Shown piece by piece: positions 53,417 to 62,635 of a stretch of 64,000 bases of DNA. The position numbers were made by a program, and so were the translations under genes. Positions within the stretch are counted from its first letter, which is position 1. Every line of letters begins with the position of its first letter. The notes beneath the pieces were generated by a model, which was given only the letters and a program-made list of their open reading frames with translations, was not told the origin of the DNA and did no database searches. The stretch comes from a virus: IMG/VR virus record IMGVR_UViG_3300049846_000568, positions 1-64,000 of that record, one strand, 5' to 3'.

Positions 53417-54202
53417 CTAACTGTATGGTGGTGAAATGATTAGGTGCTGTAGCTGGTCTTGATTCTCTTGAACCCACCTAGGGTAAAAGTAGTTGATGGG
53501 AGTATACCTTAACGGGAACCTGTCAAATGGGTCGATGCCGTTCTTAGCGCATCTGTGCATGTGCGATGCAGCCTTAAATTCCTCTGTGTTCATCTCAGTG
53601 TGAGCAAAGGATTCAATTTTCTTGCGCGCTCTTTCTTGATCTCCCAAGAACGAGAAGTGCCACCCACCAATATTGTGCCCAACTATCGGAAGGTTTGCTG
53701 CTCTTAATTCCTGCGGCGAAGGGCCATTCTGTAGGTCGCCATTCAGAACCGCAACCGGACGAGCACCCTGGTTACAGTGTTTCGGCACTTGCCAGTTAAG
53801 ATTCCAGAAATACTGCACATTGTCAATACGAACCGGAAAATTCTGAAGCCATCTCTTAGCCCCTAAAACTGTGGGGCTAACAATTTCGTCAGCGTCTGAG
53901 ATTAGAATGGTAGCGTCGCTTGGGGCCCACTCAACGGCGCTCCTAATAGCGTTGCGCTGATAATACTCTCGTTCCCATGGTGTCATATCCTGACTCGGAA
54001 AACTGATTTGATAACGGAGAATCTTATGTCTCCATTTGTCAACCCAATTCGGTAGATCGTCAAAGTAAAATGGCTTGGGCAGACCGGTAAATGTTTGGTC
54101 TGCCTCTACCACCACAAACTCGTCTACCACATCACCAAGCTCTTCAAGGCGAATCCTAAGAACGTCAGTCTCATTGTAGTATGTGAATGCGTCAACTATC
54201 AC
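53417..54202 (-). CDS. glycosyltransferase family 17-like
   Basis: YNETDVLRIRL, TFTG, REYYQRN, SDADEI, GWHFSF. Confidence 0.88.
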   Translation of the reverse strand: MIVDAFTYYNETDVLRIRLEELGDVVDEFVVVEADQTFTGLPKPFYFDDLPNWVDKWRHKILRYQISFPSQDMTPWEREYYQRNAIRSAVEWAPSDATILISDADEIVSPTVLGAKRWLQNFPVRIDNVQYFWNLNWQVPKHCNQGARPVAVLNGDLQNGPSPQELRAANLPIVGHNIGGWHFSFLGDQERARKKIESFAHTEMNTEEFKAASHMHRCAKNGIDPFDRFPLRYTPINYFYPRWVQENQDQLQHLIISPPYS

Positions 54203-54702
54203 TTTTCAAACACCACCACTTCTTCGTGCGCCAACATTGCATACGAACGAAATAGATCCTCTGCGTGATAGTTTCTACTGAAGACATCAAACAAACCCGA
54301 CGCCCAAAAGGCTGGATTCACAAGCACGATGACGCCACCACGCTTCATAAGTTCGTATATCTGATGACTTAATTGTTCTGGCGAACCAAAGTTAATGGGA
54401 TGGGCGTAGTTCACCGACACAAACGTGTCACAATAATCGTGACCAAAGTAGCTGTCGTTGATCTCTGGTAGCCAGCTAAAACTATGCTCGTATGGACTAT
54501 CGCCTTCACCATAGTAAAGATGCCAAGATTCCACACCAAACTCAGGATCACGAAGAACGGGTACAAGGTCGTAATCGTCCCCATAATAAATGAGTGGACT
54601 GCGTGGGTCTACAACATCCTTTAGGATGTGTGCAAAGAATCGCCAGTTAAAGCTTGACTCCCTCGCAGCGTAGCCAGCCCCAATCGCTTCCTCTCTTGAC
54701 AT
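54199..54702 (-). CDS. methyltransferase-like protein
   Basis: LMKRGGVIVL; lies in the glycan cluster. Confidence 0.45.
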   Translation of the reverse strand: MSREEAIGAGYAARESSFNWRFFAHILKDVVDPRSPLIYYGDDYDLVPVLRDPEFGVESWHLYYGEGDSPYEHSFSWLPEINDSYFGHDYCDTFVSVNYAHPINFGSPEQLSHQIYELMKRGGVIVLVNPAFWASGLFDVFSRNYHAEDLFRSYAMLAHEEVVVFEK

Positions 54703-55180
54703 CTACTACCTCCAAACCAGCCTGCTCAAAGAAGTGAGGCAGGGTCAAATGCGTGATTCCCGCAAAGTGAATATCGTATGGGTTCAACTGCTCAGCGAAG
54801 AAGATCTGCTGCATTGCTAGATGGTTCTCTAACGTCTCTGTAGCAAGTAGCTGAGCGCAGGCTGCCGCAAAGTCGGGCGCCTCAATAACCATTGTACCAC
54901 CAGGCTTTAGAATTCGCGCCCATTCCTTGATGACATCACCAGTTTTACGCCAGGAGAAGTGCTCGATTGCCTCACTAGAGAACACAAGATCAGCGAAGTT
55001 GTCGGCAATCTGTAGGTTCTCGGCGTCACACACAACATCAACCGGCATGCGCCTCTTGGCTACTGGATCCCATAGCGGAAACTCGTCAATGTCCACATGA
55101 ATCCAGTCTTCACCGACCCATGTCCTTGTGCCAATTACAACCTTAACACCATCGCTCTGTGGGATGGTTTCAAGTCTCAT
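54647..55180 (-). CDS. SAM-dependent methyltransferase (type 11)
   Basis: IHVD, CDA, SEAIEH, RILKPGG. Confidence 0.88.
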   Translation of the reverse strand: MRLETIPQSDGVKVVIGTRTWVGEDWIHVDIDEFPLWDPVAKRRMPVDVVCDAENLQIADNFADLVFSSEAIEHFSWRKTGDVIKEWARILKPGGTMVIEAPDFAAACAQLLATETLENHLAMQQIFFAEQLNPYDIHFAGITHLTLPHFFEQAGLEVVDVKRGSDWGWLRCEGVKL

Positions 55181-55358
55181 ATCTGTTTTCCCATTCTTCC
55201 TTTGTTGCACAGTCCCAATGTAGGCCTTCACGCCACCCACACTCTTTGTGTGGACAATTGTGAAGCCATATCCAGGAATCGTCTATCTCTAGCTCATCAA
55301 ATTCTACTTCCGACCCACACCATGGGCATGGATCGCAGCATTTGTACGTGAACGTCAT
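55170..55358 (-). CDS. Cys-rich small protein
   Basis: CPWCG..CPHKEC. Confidence 0.5.
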   Translation of the reverse strand: MTFTYKCCDPCPWCGSEVEFDELEIDDSWIWLHNCPHKECGWREGLHWDCATKEEWENRYET

Positions 55359-55783
55359 CAGCAGAACGTCAATCTCTCTTCGGGATAATTACTTACCGCA
55401 CTTACTCCCTGCTTAGCGCCATATTCGCTGAGAGTCCAAACCTTATCTGTGCCAGCGAAAGTGATATTGACTGGTTCCACTTCGTCAAGTAAGGACTGCA
55501 GTGTTCTCCGCATTGTCTCAACATTAAACTTATCGTAGTCCTGTGGCTTTTTATCACCAAGCAGGGTCGATACCTTGTGGTACAGTACGTGAATTTCGTC
55601 CTCACGTCGTTTCAATGCACCCTTGTAGTTCAGGATGTCGTTATCGTAATCGCGCAGAAGATCATACGCCGCCTGCTTGGCCTCTCGTGCGTTGGCCAAC
55701 TCCTCTTTTAGTCTCTCATTTTCCTCTAAGATTTCACCCAAACTCGAAAGAGCAGCGATTACACTATCAACTTCAATATCCAT
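55358..55783 (-). CDS. coiled-coil hypothetical protein
   Basis: coupled ORF. Confidence 0.6.
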   Translation of the reverse strand: MDIEVDSVIAALSSLGEILEENERLKEELANAREAKQAAYDLLRDYDNDILNYKGALKRREDEIHVLYHKVSTLLGDKKPQDYDKFNVETMRRTLQSLLDEVEPVNITFAGTDKVWTLSEYGAKQGVSAVSNYPEERLTFC

Positions 55784-56646
55784 TAGATGATTCTTCCTCG
55801 ATACAAGTGTTGCCACCTTGGCACCTTAATGAGGTCTACCTCACGGCCAAGGCCTGCGATGTATACTGTCTCAGGCTCTTCGTTGAGCCCCTGTAGCTCA
55901 GGCTGCAGATGATACCACTCTTCCATGTACAATGCAACTGGTGGCCAATCTTCATAACGAATCACATTAGGTGAATGGTAGTGTGTCTGCCCACTGAAGT
56001 ACTTGTTCCACTTGTTTACCCAATTGATAACGCCCTGATTGATGCGCTCCTGTGCTGCTGGGTTGCGCGTGCTTGACGCGTCGTGGCGCACGTGTACTTC
56101 TGGTGCCGCGGCCATTCTCCAACCACCAAGACGTAGCCTGGTCTGGAAATCTACCTCTTCCTGATGGCCAATCTCTGTGTCGAAACCACCGATCTCCTTG
56201 TAGCGCTGACGGTTCAGCATCCAACAGAACCCCACACCCCAAAGGATCTCGGCGTAACGTGGACGTTGAATCATATACGATCCACCATTGGGGAACACCA
56301 TGGCGAGTTCGTGATTGGCCTCTAGATAGAGTGCCAACTTCTCATCCCAGCCATGTGTTTGTACGTAGGCGTCGTTGTCGATGTATCCTACGTTGTTTGT
56401 TTCGGCCCACTCTAGAATCTGATTGACCGCCCCAGCATATCCCAGGTTCTCATCAAGGAACCGTGGGATGATGCGGGAGTCCTGGTCTGCGTGCTTGCTA
56501 ATGACTTCCTTCACCAGAGGATCAGGAGAGTTGTTATCAACAACAAGGCAGCGCCACTCAGATGTAGAGAGGTGCCTTAGGGCGCTGAGCGCCCTGTCCA
56601 GCTTATCGGGATTCTGATACGAGGCTGTGCCAAGATCAATCCTCAT
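55783..56646 (-). CDS. glycosyltransferase family 2
   Basis: VVDNNS, NLGYAGAVN, IDNDA, GGFD..EEVDF. Confidence 0.9.
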   Translation of the reverse strand: MRIDLGTASYQNPDKLDRALSALRHLSTSEWRCLVVDNNSPDPLVKEVISKHADQDSRIIPRFLDENLGYAGAVNQILEWAETNNVGYIDNDAYVQTHGWDEKLALYLEANHELAMVFPNGGSYMIQRPRYAEILWGVGFCWMLNRQRYKEIGGFDTEIGHQEEVDFQTRLRLGGWRMAAAPEVHVRHDASSTRNPAAQERINQGVINWVNKWNKYFSGQTHYHSPNVIRYEDWPPVALYMEEWYHLQPELQGLNEEPETVYIAGLGREVDLIKVPRWQHLYRGRII

Positions 56647-57377
56647 TACGGCTTCCTCCACCATCCATTGTCGTTGTTCTTGAATCCAATTGATTCTAGC
56701 AGGGGAATCCAGTCATGCTCAAATCGGTTGTTAACCGAGAGGTGCATTGGGATACTGTTGCCGTGCTCTTCGTCGCCAATTGCAAAGGCGTTCTGCGCCA
56801 TGAACTGGCCATTCTTCTTCAATGCCTTGAAGACTGCGTTTGCCCAATCCTCTACATTGACAAGATGCTCGAAGAAGTCCAGTGCCACTACGGCATCAAA
56901 CTTACGAGAGCCAAGATCTGGATTCCAGTCAGGCGTAAAGAGTGTTGCGACCTCTACGTTGTACTTGTTGAAGAGGAACTGTGCGAATGCTGCCGTGCGG
57001 CCACCCTCAAGGTCGTTATAGGTTGGACTTAGTCCCTCCTGCGCACAACGGATTGAGAGATCACCCACGCCATCACCAAGAATCAGCACGTTCTTCTTTT
57101 TGTTGGCAGAAAGGTACTGTGCGATACCGTCGCACATGCCGCTATAGTTGAAGCCAGGCTCTAGATGGTATGCGCTAAGCTCCCAAATGTAGGCTTCTGT
57201 ATTGCGGTACCAGTTAAGTAGTGACTCGGGGTCATTGACGTCTGCGCCAGCAGCGAAGAAATCCTCCGCCACCATTCTATGGTTCTCGTGAAACCCCTTG
57301 GCAAGGCGCCCGAAGACTGGCTCCGGATCCGTACCAAAGAACTCGATTAGATCCCATGCTCTTTGTTCTAGATTCAT
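56646..57377 (-). CDS. SAM-dependent methyltransferase
   Basis: LILGDGVG, FDAVVALDFFEH. Confidence 0.85.
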   Translation of the reverse strand: MNLEQRAWDLIEFFGTDPEPVFGRLAKGFHENHRMVAEDFFAAGADVNDPESLLNWYRNTEAYIWELSAYHLEPGFNYSGMCDGIAQYLSANKKKNVLILGDGVGDLSIRCAQEGLSPTYNDLEGGRTAAFAQFLFNKYNVEVATLFTPDWNPDLGSRKFDAVVALDFFEHLVNVEDWANAVFKALKKNGQFMAQNAFAIGDEEHGNSIPMHLSVNNRFEHDWIPLLESIGFKNNDNGWWRKP

Positions 57378-58243
57378 TTCTGTAGTCTACTCCATTCAAT
57401 AAAGGATGAGATTAGCCCATCCTCATATTCCATACCGTATCGTGAGCCAATTTGCCACGTCGTATCACGTGGACGGGGAGCTATACCCTCAAAGTATTCG
57501 TGTGAGATAGGCTGAATATCAGCTTCAATTATCCCATGTGTGTGATATTTAAGATCCGCCGCCACCCTAAACCTGGAGACCGTAATCGGGATACCAATAT
57601 GAATTGGCCAACTACCGGGATTCATAGCCTCGTCCCACAGTCGATATGCGGCGTCCTTGGCGAACACGGGTGAGAAAAACCTGTCATCAACCTGCAGCTG
57701 CTTTGGGTTCTCAATCATATGCTCTAGCGGATTCTTACGGCCAATATCCTGAAATGGACGAACACCAAGCACAAATGTCAATCTTGCGATGCTTGACCGC
57801 ACGCCAAGAATTTCCTTGACGGCTAGTTCGGCGGCGTACTTTTGCTTACCGTATTCGGTAATTGGATCGGGCTCACTTAATGCGTCGTAGGGTGGGTTTT
57901 CACCAGAGAATACCCCTTGACTACTAACCTGAATCATGTGCGCATCGTTTTGCTTGCACCAGTTAGCAATCACCTTAGGGATGTTGACGTTGATATTCTC
58001 ATACTTACCAGGATTACCCTCTACTACGTCAACCCTATTCTCGCCAGCCAGATTCACTACCACATCGGGGTGAAACAAACGCAAATGCTCAAGGAGGTCT
58101 TTTGTGTTCTCCATGTCTAGAGCATCGTATTCGGGATGGGGTGTACGGCGAACAAAACTAGCCACCACATTATCTGGCTTTGTCAGGATCATGTGCTGCC
58201 CGACGACGCCGCCCGCCCCAAAAACTAAAACTCTACGAGCCAT
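57374..58243 (-). CDS. RmlD-like NDP-4-keto-sugar reductase
   Basis: GAGGVVG, NLAG, YGKQK. Confidence 0.85.
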   Translation of the reverse strand: MARRVLVFGAGGVVGQHMILTKPDNVVASFVRRTPHPEYDALDMENTKDLLEHLRLFHPDVVVNLAGENRVDVVEGNPGKYENINVNIPKVIANWCKQNDAHMIQVSSQGVFSGENPPYDALSEPDPITEYGKQKYAAELAVKEILGVRSSIARLTFVLGVRPFQDIGRKNPLEHMIENPKQLQVDDRFFSPVFAKDAAYRLWDEAMNPGSWPIHIGIPITVSRFRVAADLKYHTHGIIEADIQPISHEYFEGIAPRPRDTTWQIGSRYGMEYEDGLISSFIEWSRLQK

Positions 58244-58931
58244 AATTCCAAAGCTCCAGGGTAGGATTAGGGTCGATAATTGACTCCAAGTGTGCACGGG
58301 CGTGGAAATCTCCACCGTCCAGGTTCATATACCGCTCGTACTTGGCCTGCTTGTCCTCGTCCCTCACGTAGCCGAGGTGCTGCATGATGAGCCCGGAGTC
58401 TAGTAGATAGCGACCACGACGCATGAGTGTCTGTACGTAATTGGGTTCTGATCCACAGGCTAGCCTGCGGTCAACGAACTGACCACCAAGGAAGTAGCGG
58501 AACATGCGCGAACTATTTGTTGGCGCCCATGCCTTATCTACGCGGAAATGTGTCTCATTCCACATGTGGAAGAACTTAATGTTGATGACGTCCACATCTG
58601 AGCGACGCATTAGTTCGCGGATATCTACGTTAGGACGTTCTGCCCAAAGCTTCTCGTCACAATCAATTGCAAGAATCCAATCACCAATCTCTGCGTGGTT
58701 TGAGAGGTTCTTCCACGAAGAGTTTCGCAGGACTCCCTCATGCGTACCAAACATGGGCTCTGGCATTCTATATACATTGGCGCCACATGATGCGGCAATC
58801 TCTGCCGTATCGTCATCCGAGCAGTCATCTGTAAAGACGATCTCGTCAGCGATATGGCCAAGGTGTTCTAGAACCTCTTTTAGATAGCGGCCCGACTCAT
58901 TACGTCCGACCATATTAGCTACAAGCTTCAT
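58233..58931 (-). CDS. glycosyltransferase family 2
   Basis: RNE, DDCSDD, IDCDE, HLGY. Confidence 0.88.
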   Translation of the reverse strand: MKLVANMVGRNESGRYLKEVLEHLGHIADEIVFTDDCSDDDTAEIAASCGANVYRMPEPMFGTHEGVLRNSSWKNLSNHAEIGDWILAIDCDEKLWAERPNVDIRELMRRSDVDVINIKFFHMWNETHFRVDKAWAPTNSSRMFRYFLGGQFVDRRLACGSEPNYVQTLMRRGRYLLDSGLIMQHLGYVRDEDKQAKYERYMNLDGGDFHARAHLESIIDPNPTLELWNYGS

Positions 58932-59098
58932 TTCTTGTTTTCCTCTACATACACAATAACTGGGGATGTTACCTGTTTTACTTCTTTTGGGTTTACCTCT
59001 TCGTCGTCCACCATACGCTGTGCCTCAGTCTTGTTTGGTGCGTCGAATTCATATACATGAGAGTATAGCACATCTGCATATATCTTGTAGTGCGGCAT
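58928..59098 (-). CDS. small hypothetical protein
   Basis: coupled ORF. Confidence 0.5.
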   Translation of the reverse strand: MPHYKIYADVLYSHVYEFDAPNKTEAQRMVDDEEVNPKEVKQVTSPVIVYVEENKK

Positions 59099-59355
59099 TA
59101 GGCGCTCCCAAAGATAATACACTCCAAGTGCGCTACAGCTACAGCGGCCACCTGCACTAGCTCGTCAACAAGATCGCCCTGATCCTTGTCTCCAAAGTGT
59201 GAACGAAGTACCTCTTGTGCCGCCTCACCAAATTCTTCAGCGAGAACAGTGATCCACTCTACGTTTGAGTGACTCTGCTCGCCCCATTTAGCTAACTGGC
59301 GCTCACGTTCAGCCGCTACCATTTCCAAAACCACATCTGTATTAGTCATGCTCAA
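59098..59355 (-). CDS. MazG-like NTP pyrophosphohydrolase
   Basis: LAEEFGEAA..ELVQVAAV. Confidence 0.85.
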   Translation of the reverse strand: MSMTNTDVVLEMVAAERERQLAKWGEQSHSNVEWITVLAEEFGEAAQEVLRSHFGDKDQGDLVDELVQVAAVAVAHLECIIFGSA

Positions 59356-60178
59356 TTCCTAACATGTCACAAGCCCGACGGAAGAGCGATTGACTCTCCT
59401 GCCAATACTTGTCTGCTTCACTTCCCTTACTGTGCGACGCATGCCAACTATGCCCGATAGAGATACGACCATCATAGTAGACACCGTATCCACGATGCCT
59501 AGCAAAGTAGGCGCAGAATGTCTCTTCGTAATAGTGCTTGGTTGGAAGGAAGGGTCCTAGATGGGCTGTTCTCTCCCTCGGAATCGAACCCTCCTCTACA
59601 AACAAGTCGACTACCTTAAGGTAATCTTCATCCGAAGCCAGAGCTTCCCACGTACTACGTCTCACAAAGAAGGCTGAACCTGAAACTGTCACCATCTCAA
59701 CCTTATCCCTGAACTGGATATCGTGTGGATCGTCCATGTGCCAGCCACGGTGTTTTGGTGCGGTGTTTGTCCCGCCAATACCCGCATGCGTAATCCTGCC
59801 GCGCTCATCGCGCTGTTTTGGTCCAAGGATATGAACATTGGGATCATCCTCAAACGACTTGGCGATAGCCATGACATCCGAAGTTGTCATCCAGACATCA
59901 GAATTGAGCAGGCCGATGATATCACCGGTACCCTGTGACGCAAGCTTATTGCATGCCGCAGCGTACCCCACGTTCTCGTCCAGATACCAATCAATATACG
60001 TTGACGGTATCGGGAAGTTGTAGCCGGTTAAATAATCTGGGCTGTCATCTTCTGACCCATTATCTGCCACATAGGCTTTCCATGGTGGGTTATCCGGCAT
60101 GTCGGAATTCAGGGTCAGCAGGAACCTGTCCAGCTGCTTCACCGTGTTATAGTTCACGATGCATAGATCTACGTTCAC
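59342..60178 (-). CDS. glycosyltransferase family 2
   Basis: IVNYN, DNGSED, NVGYA, LNSD, YYEE. Confidence 0.9.
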   Translation of the reverse strand: MNVDLCIVNYNTVKQLDRFLLTLNSDMPDNPPWKAYVADNGSEDDSPDYLTGYNFPIPSTYIDWYLDENVGYAAACNKLASQGTGDIIGLLNSDVWMTTSDVMAIAKSFEDDPNVHILGPKQRDERGRITHAGIGGTNTAPKHRGWHMDDPHDIQFRDKVEMVTVSGSAFFVRRSTWEALASDEDYLKVVDLFVEEGSIPRERTAHLGPFLPTKHYYEETFCAYFARHRGYGVYYDGRISIGHSWHASHSKGSEADKYWQESQSLFRRACDMLGIEHD

Positions 60179-60341
60179 TTATCACTACCTCAAATGCGTA
60201 TTCTGGATCAAGTCCACATTCTACCAAACACAGGAAGTCTTTGCAGACGTCCACGATTTCTTCGTTAACTACCCACTCCGATATTCGATTCATCAACTGG
60301 AGTAAGCTCAATTGGTTCGTCGTCTTGTTCTCGTACTCCAT
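60147..60341 (-). CDS. hypothetical protein
   Basis: ORF; start uncertain. Confidence 0.4.
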   Translation of the reverse strand: MEYENKTTNQLSLLQLMNRISEWVVNEEIVDVCKDFLCLVECGLDPEYAFEVVISERRSMHREL

Positions 60342-60549
60342 ATATCTTGACGTCAATCCCTTTAGGGAGGATGATGATCTGCTTGTTGACGTGCTCAAAT
60401 GCGCGATTAAGCTGATCTATCTGTTCATTGTCTAGCGGGAGATCGACATCCACAAGCATAAACTCGCTCCACTCTTTAGCGTGGAAGATGTCAATGACAG
60501 TTTCTTTGCCGTGCTCCTCATAGACATACAGCTTTACTTTAGATTTCAT
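60265..60549 (-). CDS. hypothetical protein
   Basis: coupled ORF. Confidence 0.6.
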   Translation of the reverse strand: MKSKVKLYVYEEHGKETVIDIFHAKEWSEFMLVDVDLPLDNEQIDQLNRAFEHVNKQIIILPKGIDVKIYGVREQDDEPIELTPVDESNIGVGS

Positions 60550-60757
60550 CCTCAAACTCTTCGGTGAACTGGTTATCCTGGTACTGGACCGCGATGGTAT
60601 CTGCGATATAGTTCCAACCGTCTGCCTCTTCGGTGCCCTCCCTATGCTGTAGGGCCAACTCCCTAAAGACGCTTACTAGGTAAGACCACGTATCAACGTC
60701 CAACACCACAAAGGATTCCCCTTCATATAGGGTCACCTTTCTTCTACTCCTGCTCAT
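60539..60757 (-). CDS. hypothetical protein
   Basis: coupled ORF. Confidence 0.6.
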   Translation of the reverse strand: MSRSRRKVTLYEGESFVVLDVDTWSYLVSVFRELALQHREGTEEADGWNYIADTIAVQYQDNQFTEEFEDEI

Positions 60758-60992
60758 TCTTTTCCTTCTTTTTGTGAGCCTTTAATTCCGCTGCCTCTAC
60801 TTCTTCCTGTGGAAGCCTTCGCCAAACAAGCATCTTGTTGTCTGGCTCTACCGTCACGTAGTAGACGCGCTTGTCTGCTAGCGTGAACCCCTCAGGAGGC
60901 GGAGTACTGAGGGCGATATCCTTGCTTGCACAACCATATACTTGTGGGTCGTGCTCGTATACAATCAAGTAGTTTACCTTACCTGCTGGCAT
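60744..60992 (-). CDS. hypothetical protein
   Basis: coupled ORF. Confidence 0.6.
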   Translation of the reverse strand: MPAGKVNYLIVYEHDPQVYGCASKDIALSTPPPEGFTLADKRVYYVTVEPDNKMLVWRRLPQEEVEAAELKAHKKKEKNEQE

Positions 60993-61423
60993 AGAGTTAT
61001 ACCGTTATCCTTCATGAACTTTTCTACTCTTTCCCAGTCCTTATAGCTGGGATCGACAACATAGTGTACTTCCTCAACCGTGCTGTTCACTATCAACTTA
61101 GCGCAAGTATAGCATGGTGGTCCGTTGACAAACAGGATCTTGGGATCAGCTACGCAATTCAGGAATGCGTTTTGTTCTGCGTGAATTGCAATGCAATTAT
61201 CATAGTTAGAGCCCGATGGTGAGTTCTCTAGGAACCTAGGACACCCACCATCCTCACAATGCTCCATACCACTAGGACCACCGTTGTATCCCACACCAAC
61301 AACGCGATGACGGCCATCTAAGAGAACCGCCATATACCTACGCTTACCACACGTCGAGAAGATCTTCGCTCCAGCGATACAGAACTCCATATACTGGAGT
61401 CTCTTGTTAAGAGATAGCGACAA
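60974..61423 (-). CDS. dCMP deaminase
   Basis: GYNG, HAEQNA, PCYTC. Confidence 0.92.
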   Translation of the reverse strand: MSLSLNKRLQYMEFCIAGAKIFSTCGKRRYMAVLLDGRHRVVGVGYNGGPSGMEHCEDGGCPRFLENSPSGSNYDNCIAIHAEQNAFLNCVADPKILFVNGPPCYTCAKLIVNSTVEEVHYVVDPSYKDWERVEKFMKDNGITLCQQVR

Positions 61424-61586
61424 GGCTGATCACCGCCAATGGTAAAAGTACGAGTGCGATGTAGATAAACTGTACTCTGCGCTCATCATGGGCTCTGGCA
61501 ATCAAGGTGATTACCCAAAGGAAAATGTACGCAATAACCACAGCGAGGACAGGCTGCCACCATGCTGTGATAGCGGCTATTACCAT
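61407..61586 (-). CDS. small 2-TM membrane protein
   Basis: MVIAAITAWWQPVLAVV.. 59 aa, AAGGG SD. Confidence 0.55.
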   Translation of the reverse strand: MVIAAITAWWQPVLAVVIAYIFLWVITLIARAHDERRVQFIYIALVLLPLAVISLVAIS

Positions 61587-62299
61587 GTCTTACCCTTCAT
61601 AAGCTCGTTGATTGTCACTGGGAATCGTGGCTGTACAAGTCTATAGATAGCCCGTGCGTAGTCCTGAATCTCCTTCTGTGCGTCATCTTCTAGGCGCTGA
61701 GCCAAGAAGAAGCATACAGACTGTAGACTTGCGGACCAACGATAGTTGGTGTATAGCGCATAGGCGGGGAGAAATAGGCGGGCCATCTCCGGCGCCACAC
61801 CAAGCTCCATAGCCCATGCGTATAGGTTGGCGGACTTTACAATGTGCTCCTGTAAAGCAGTTGTAACCTGTGTGCCCTCCCAAGGGCCAATTGGTCCCCC
61901 AGAACCCTGCTTACGATTGTCTGGCGCGCTTCTCCACTCATCTGAGGCTGGCTCATAGAACTCTGGCTCCATTGTCACATAGCGACGAGAAGCCTCGTTC
62001 CAGCCATCCATAGTGTGGTCCGATCCAACAATGTACTTCCAATGCTGGCGAGCAACTAGTAATGGTGCCTTAAACTCGAAAGTCATAAAGGCGTGGCGGA
62101 AAGGGCTCATGTGGCCTTCACGAATCAGAAAAGACAGAAGCCTAGCATCATTTGGGCCAAACTCATCACTCTCCTTTGCAAAGGATGCACGGGCGGCATT
62201 CACAACACTAAGGTCCGAACCCATCACATCTATAAGACGAACATACCCCTTATCAAGTACCGGGATATGTGATTCTCTCTTGTCAAATCCAGTTAACAT
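61580..62299 (-). CDS. thyX: flavin-dependent thymidylate synthase
   Basis: NAARAS, HMSPFRH, ARQ, NEASRRY, AQKEI. Confidence 0.95.
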   Translation of the reverse strand: MLTGFDKRESHIPVLDKGYVRLIDVMGSDLSVVNAARASFAKESDEFGPNDARLLSFLIREGHMSPFRHAFMTFEFKAPLLVARQHWKYIVGSDHTMDGWNEASRRYVTMEPEFYEPASDEWRSAPDNRKQGSGGPIGPWEGTQVTTALQEHIVKSANLYAWAMELGVAPEMARLFLPAYALYTNYRWSASLQSVCFFLAQRLEDDAQKEIQDYARAIYRLVQPRFPVTINELMKGKTW

Positions 62300-62301
62300 T
62301 T

Positions 62302-62634
62302 CTACTCTTCTTCGTCGTCCTCGTCATCTTCGATGACAATGCTCTTTTCGAAATCATCTTCAAACACATGTATCAAGTCCCCCGCTATATCACACATCTG
62401 ACGCATCAACATGATGCTTGCGGGGGATAGATAGCCACTTTCTTCTACTACTTCATCTTCATCTTCGTCTTCAACGAGAGGGCATTCTACCATGTTTGCG
62501 GCGTACCTTGCAATTTCATCTAGGGCACTGGTGATAAGAGACATAGTAAGGACCAACTCTTCTAAGGTTGGCTGTTCCTGCTCGCCCATATCATTCTGAT
62601 TCATGATAGATTCAAACTGCTCGTCTTCGTTCAT
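62302..62634 (-). CDS. acidic hypothetical protein
   Basis: GAGG-like SD, Glu/Asp-rich. Confidence 0.6.
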   Translation of the reverse strand: MNEDEQFESIMNQNDMGEQEQPTLEELVLTMSLITSALDEIARYAANMVECPLVEDEDEDEVVEESGYLSPASIMLMRQMCDIAGDLIHVFEDDFEKSIVIEDDEDDEEE

Positions 62635-62635
62635 C

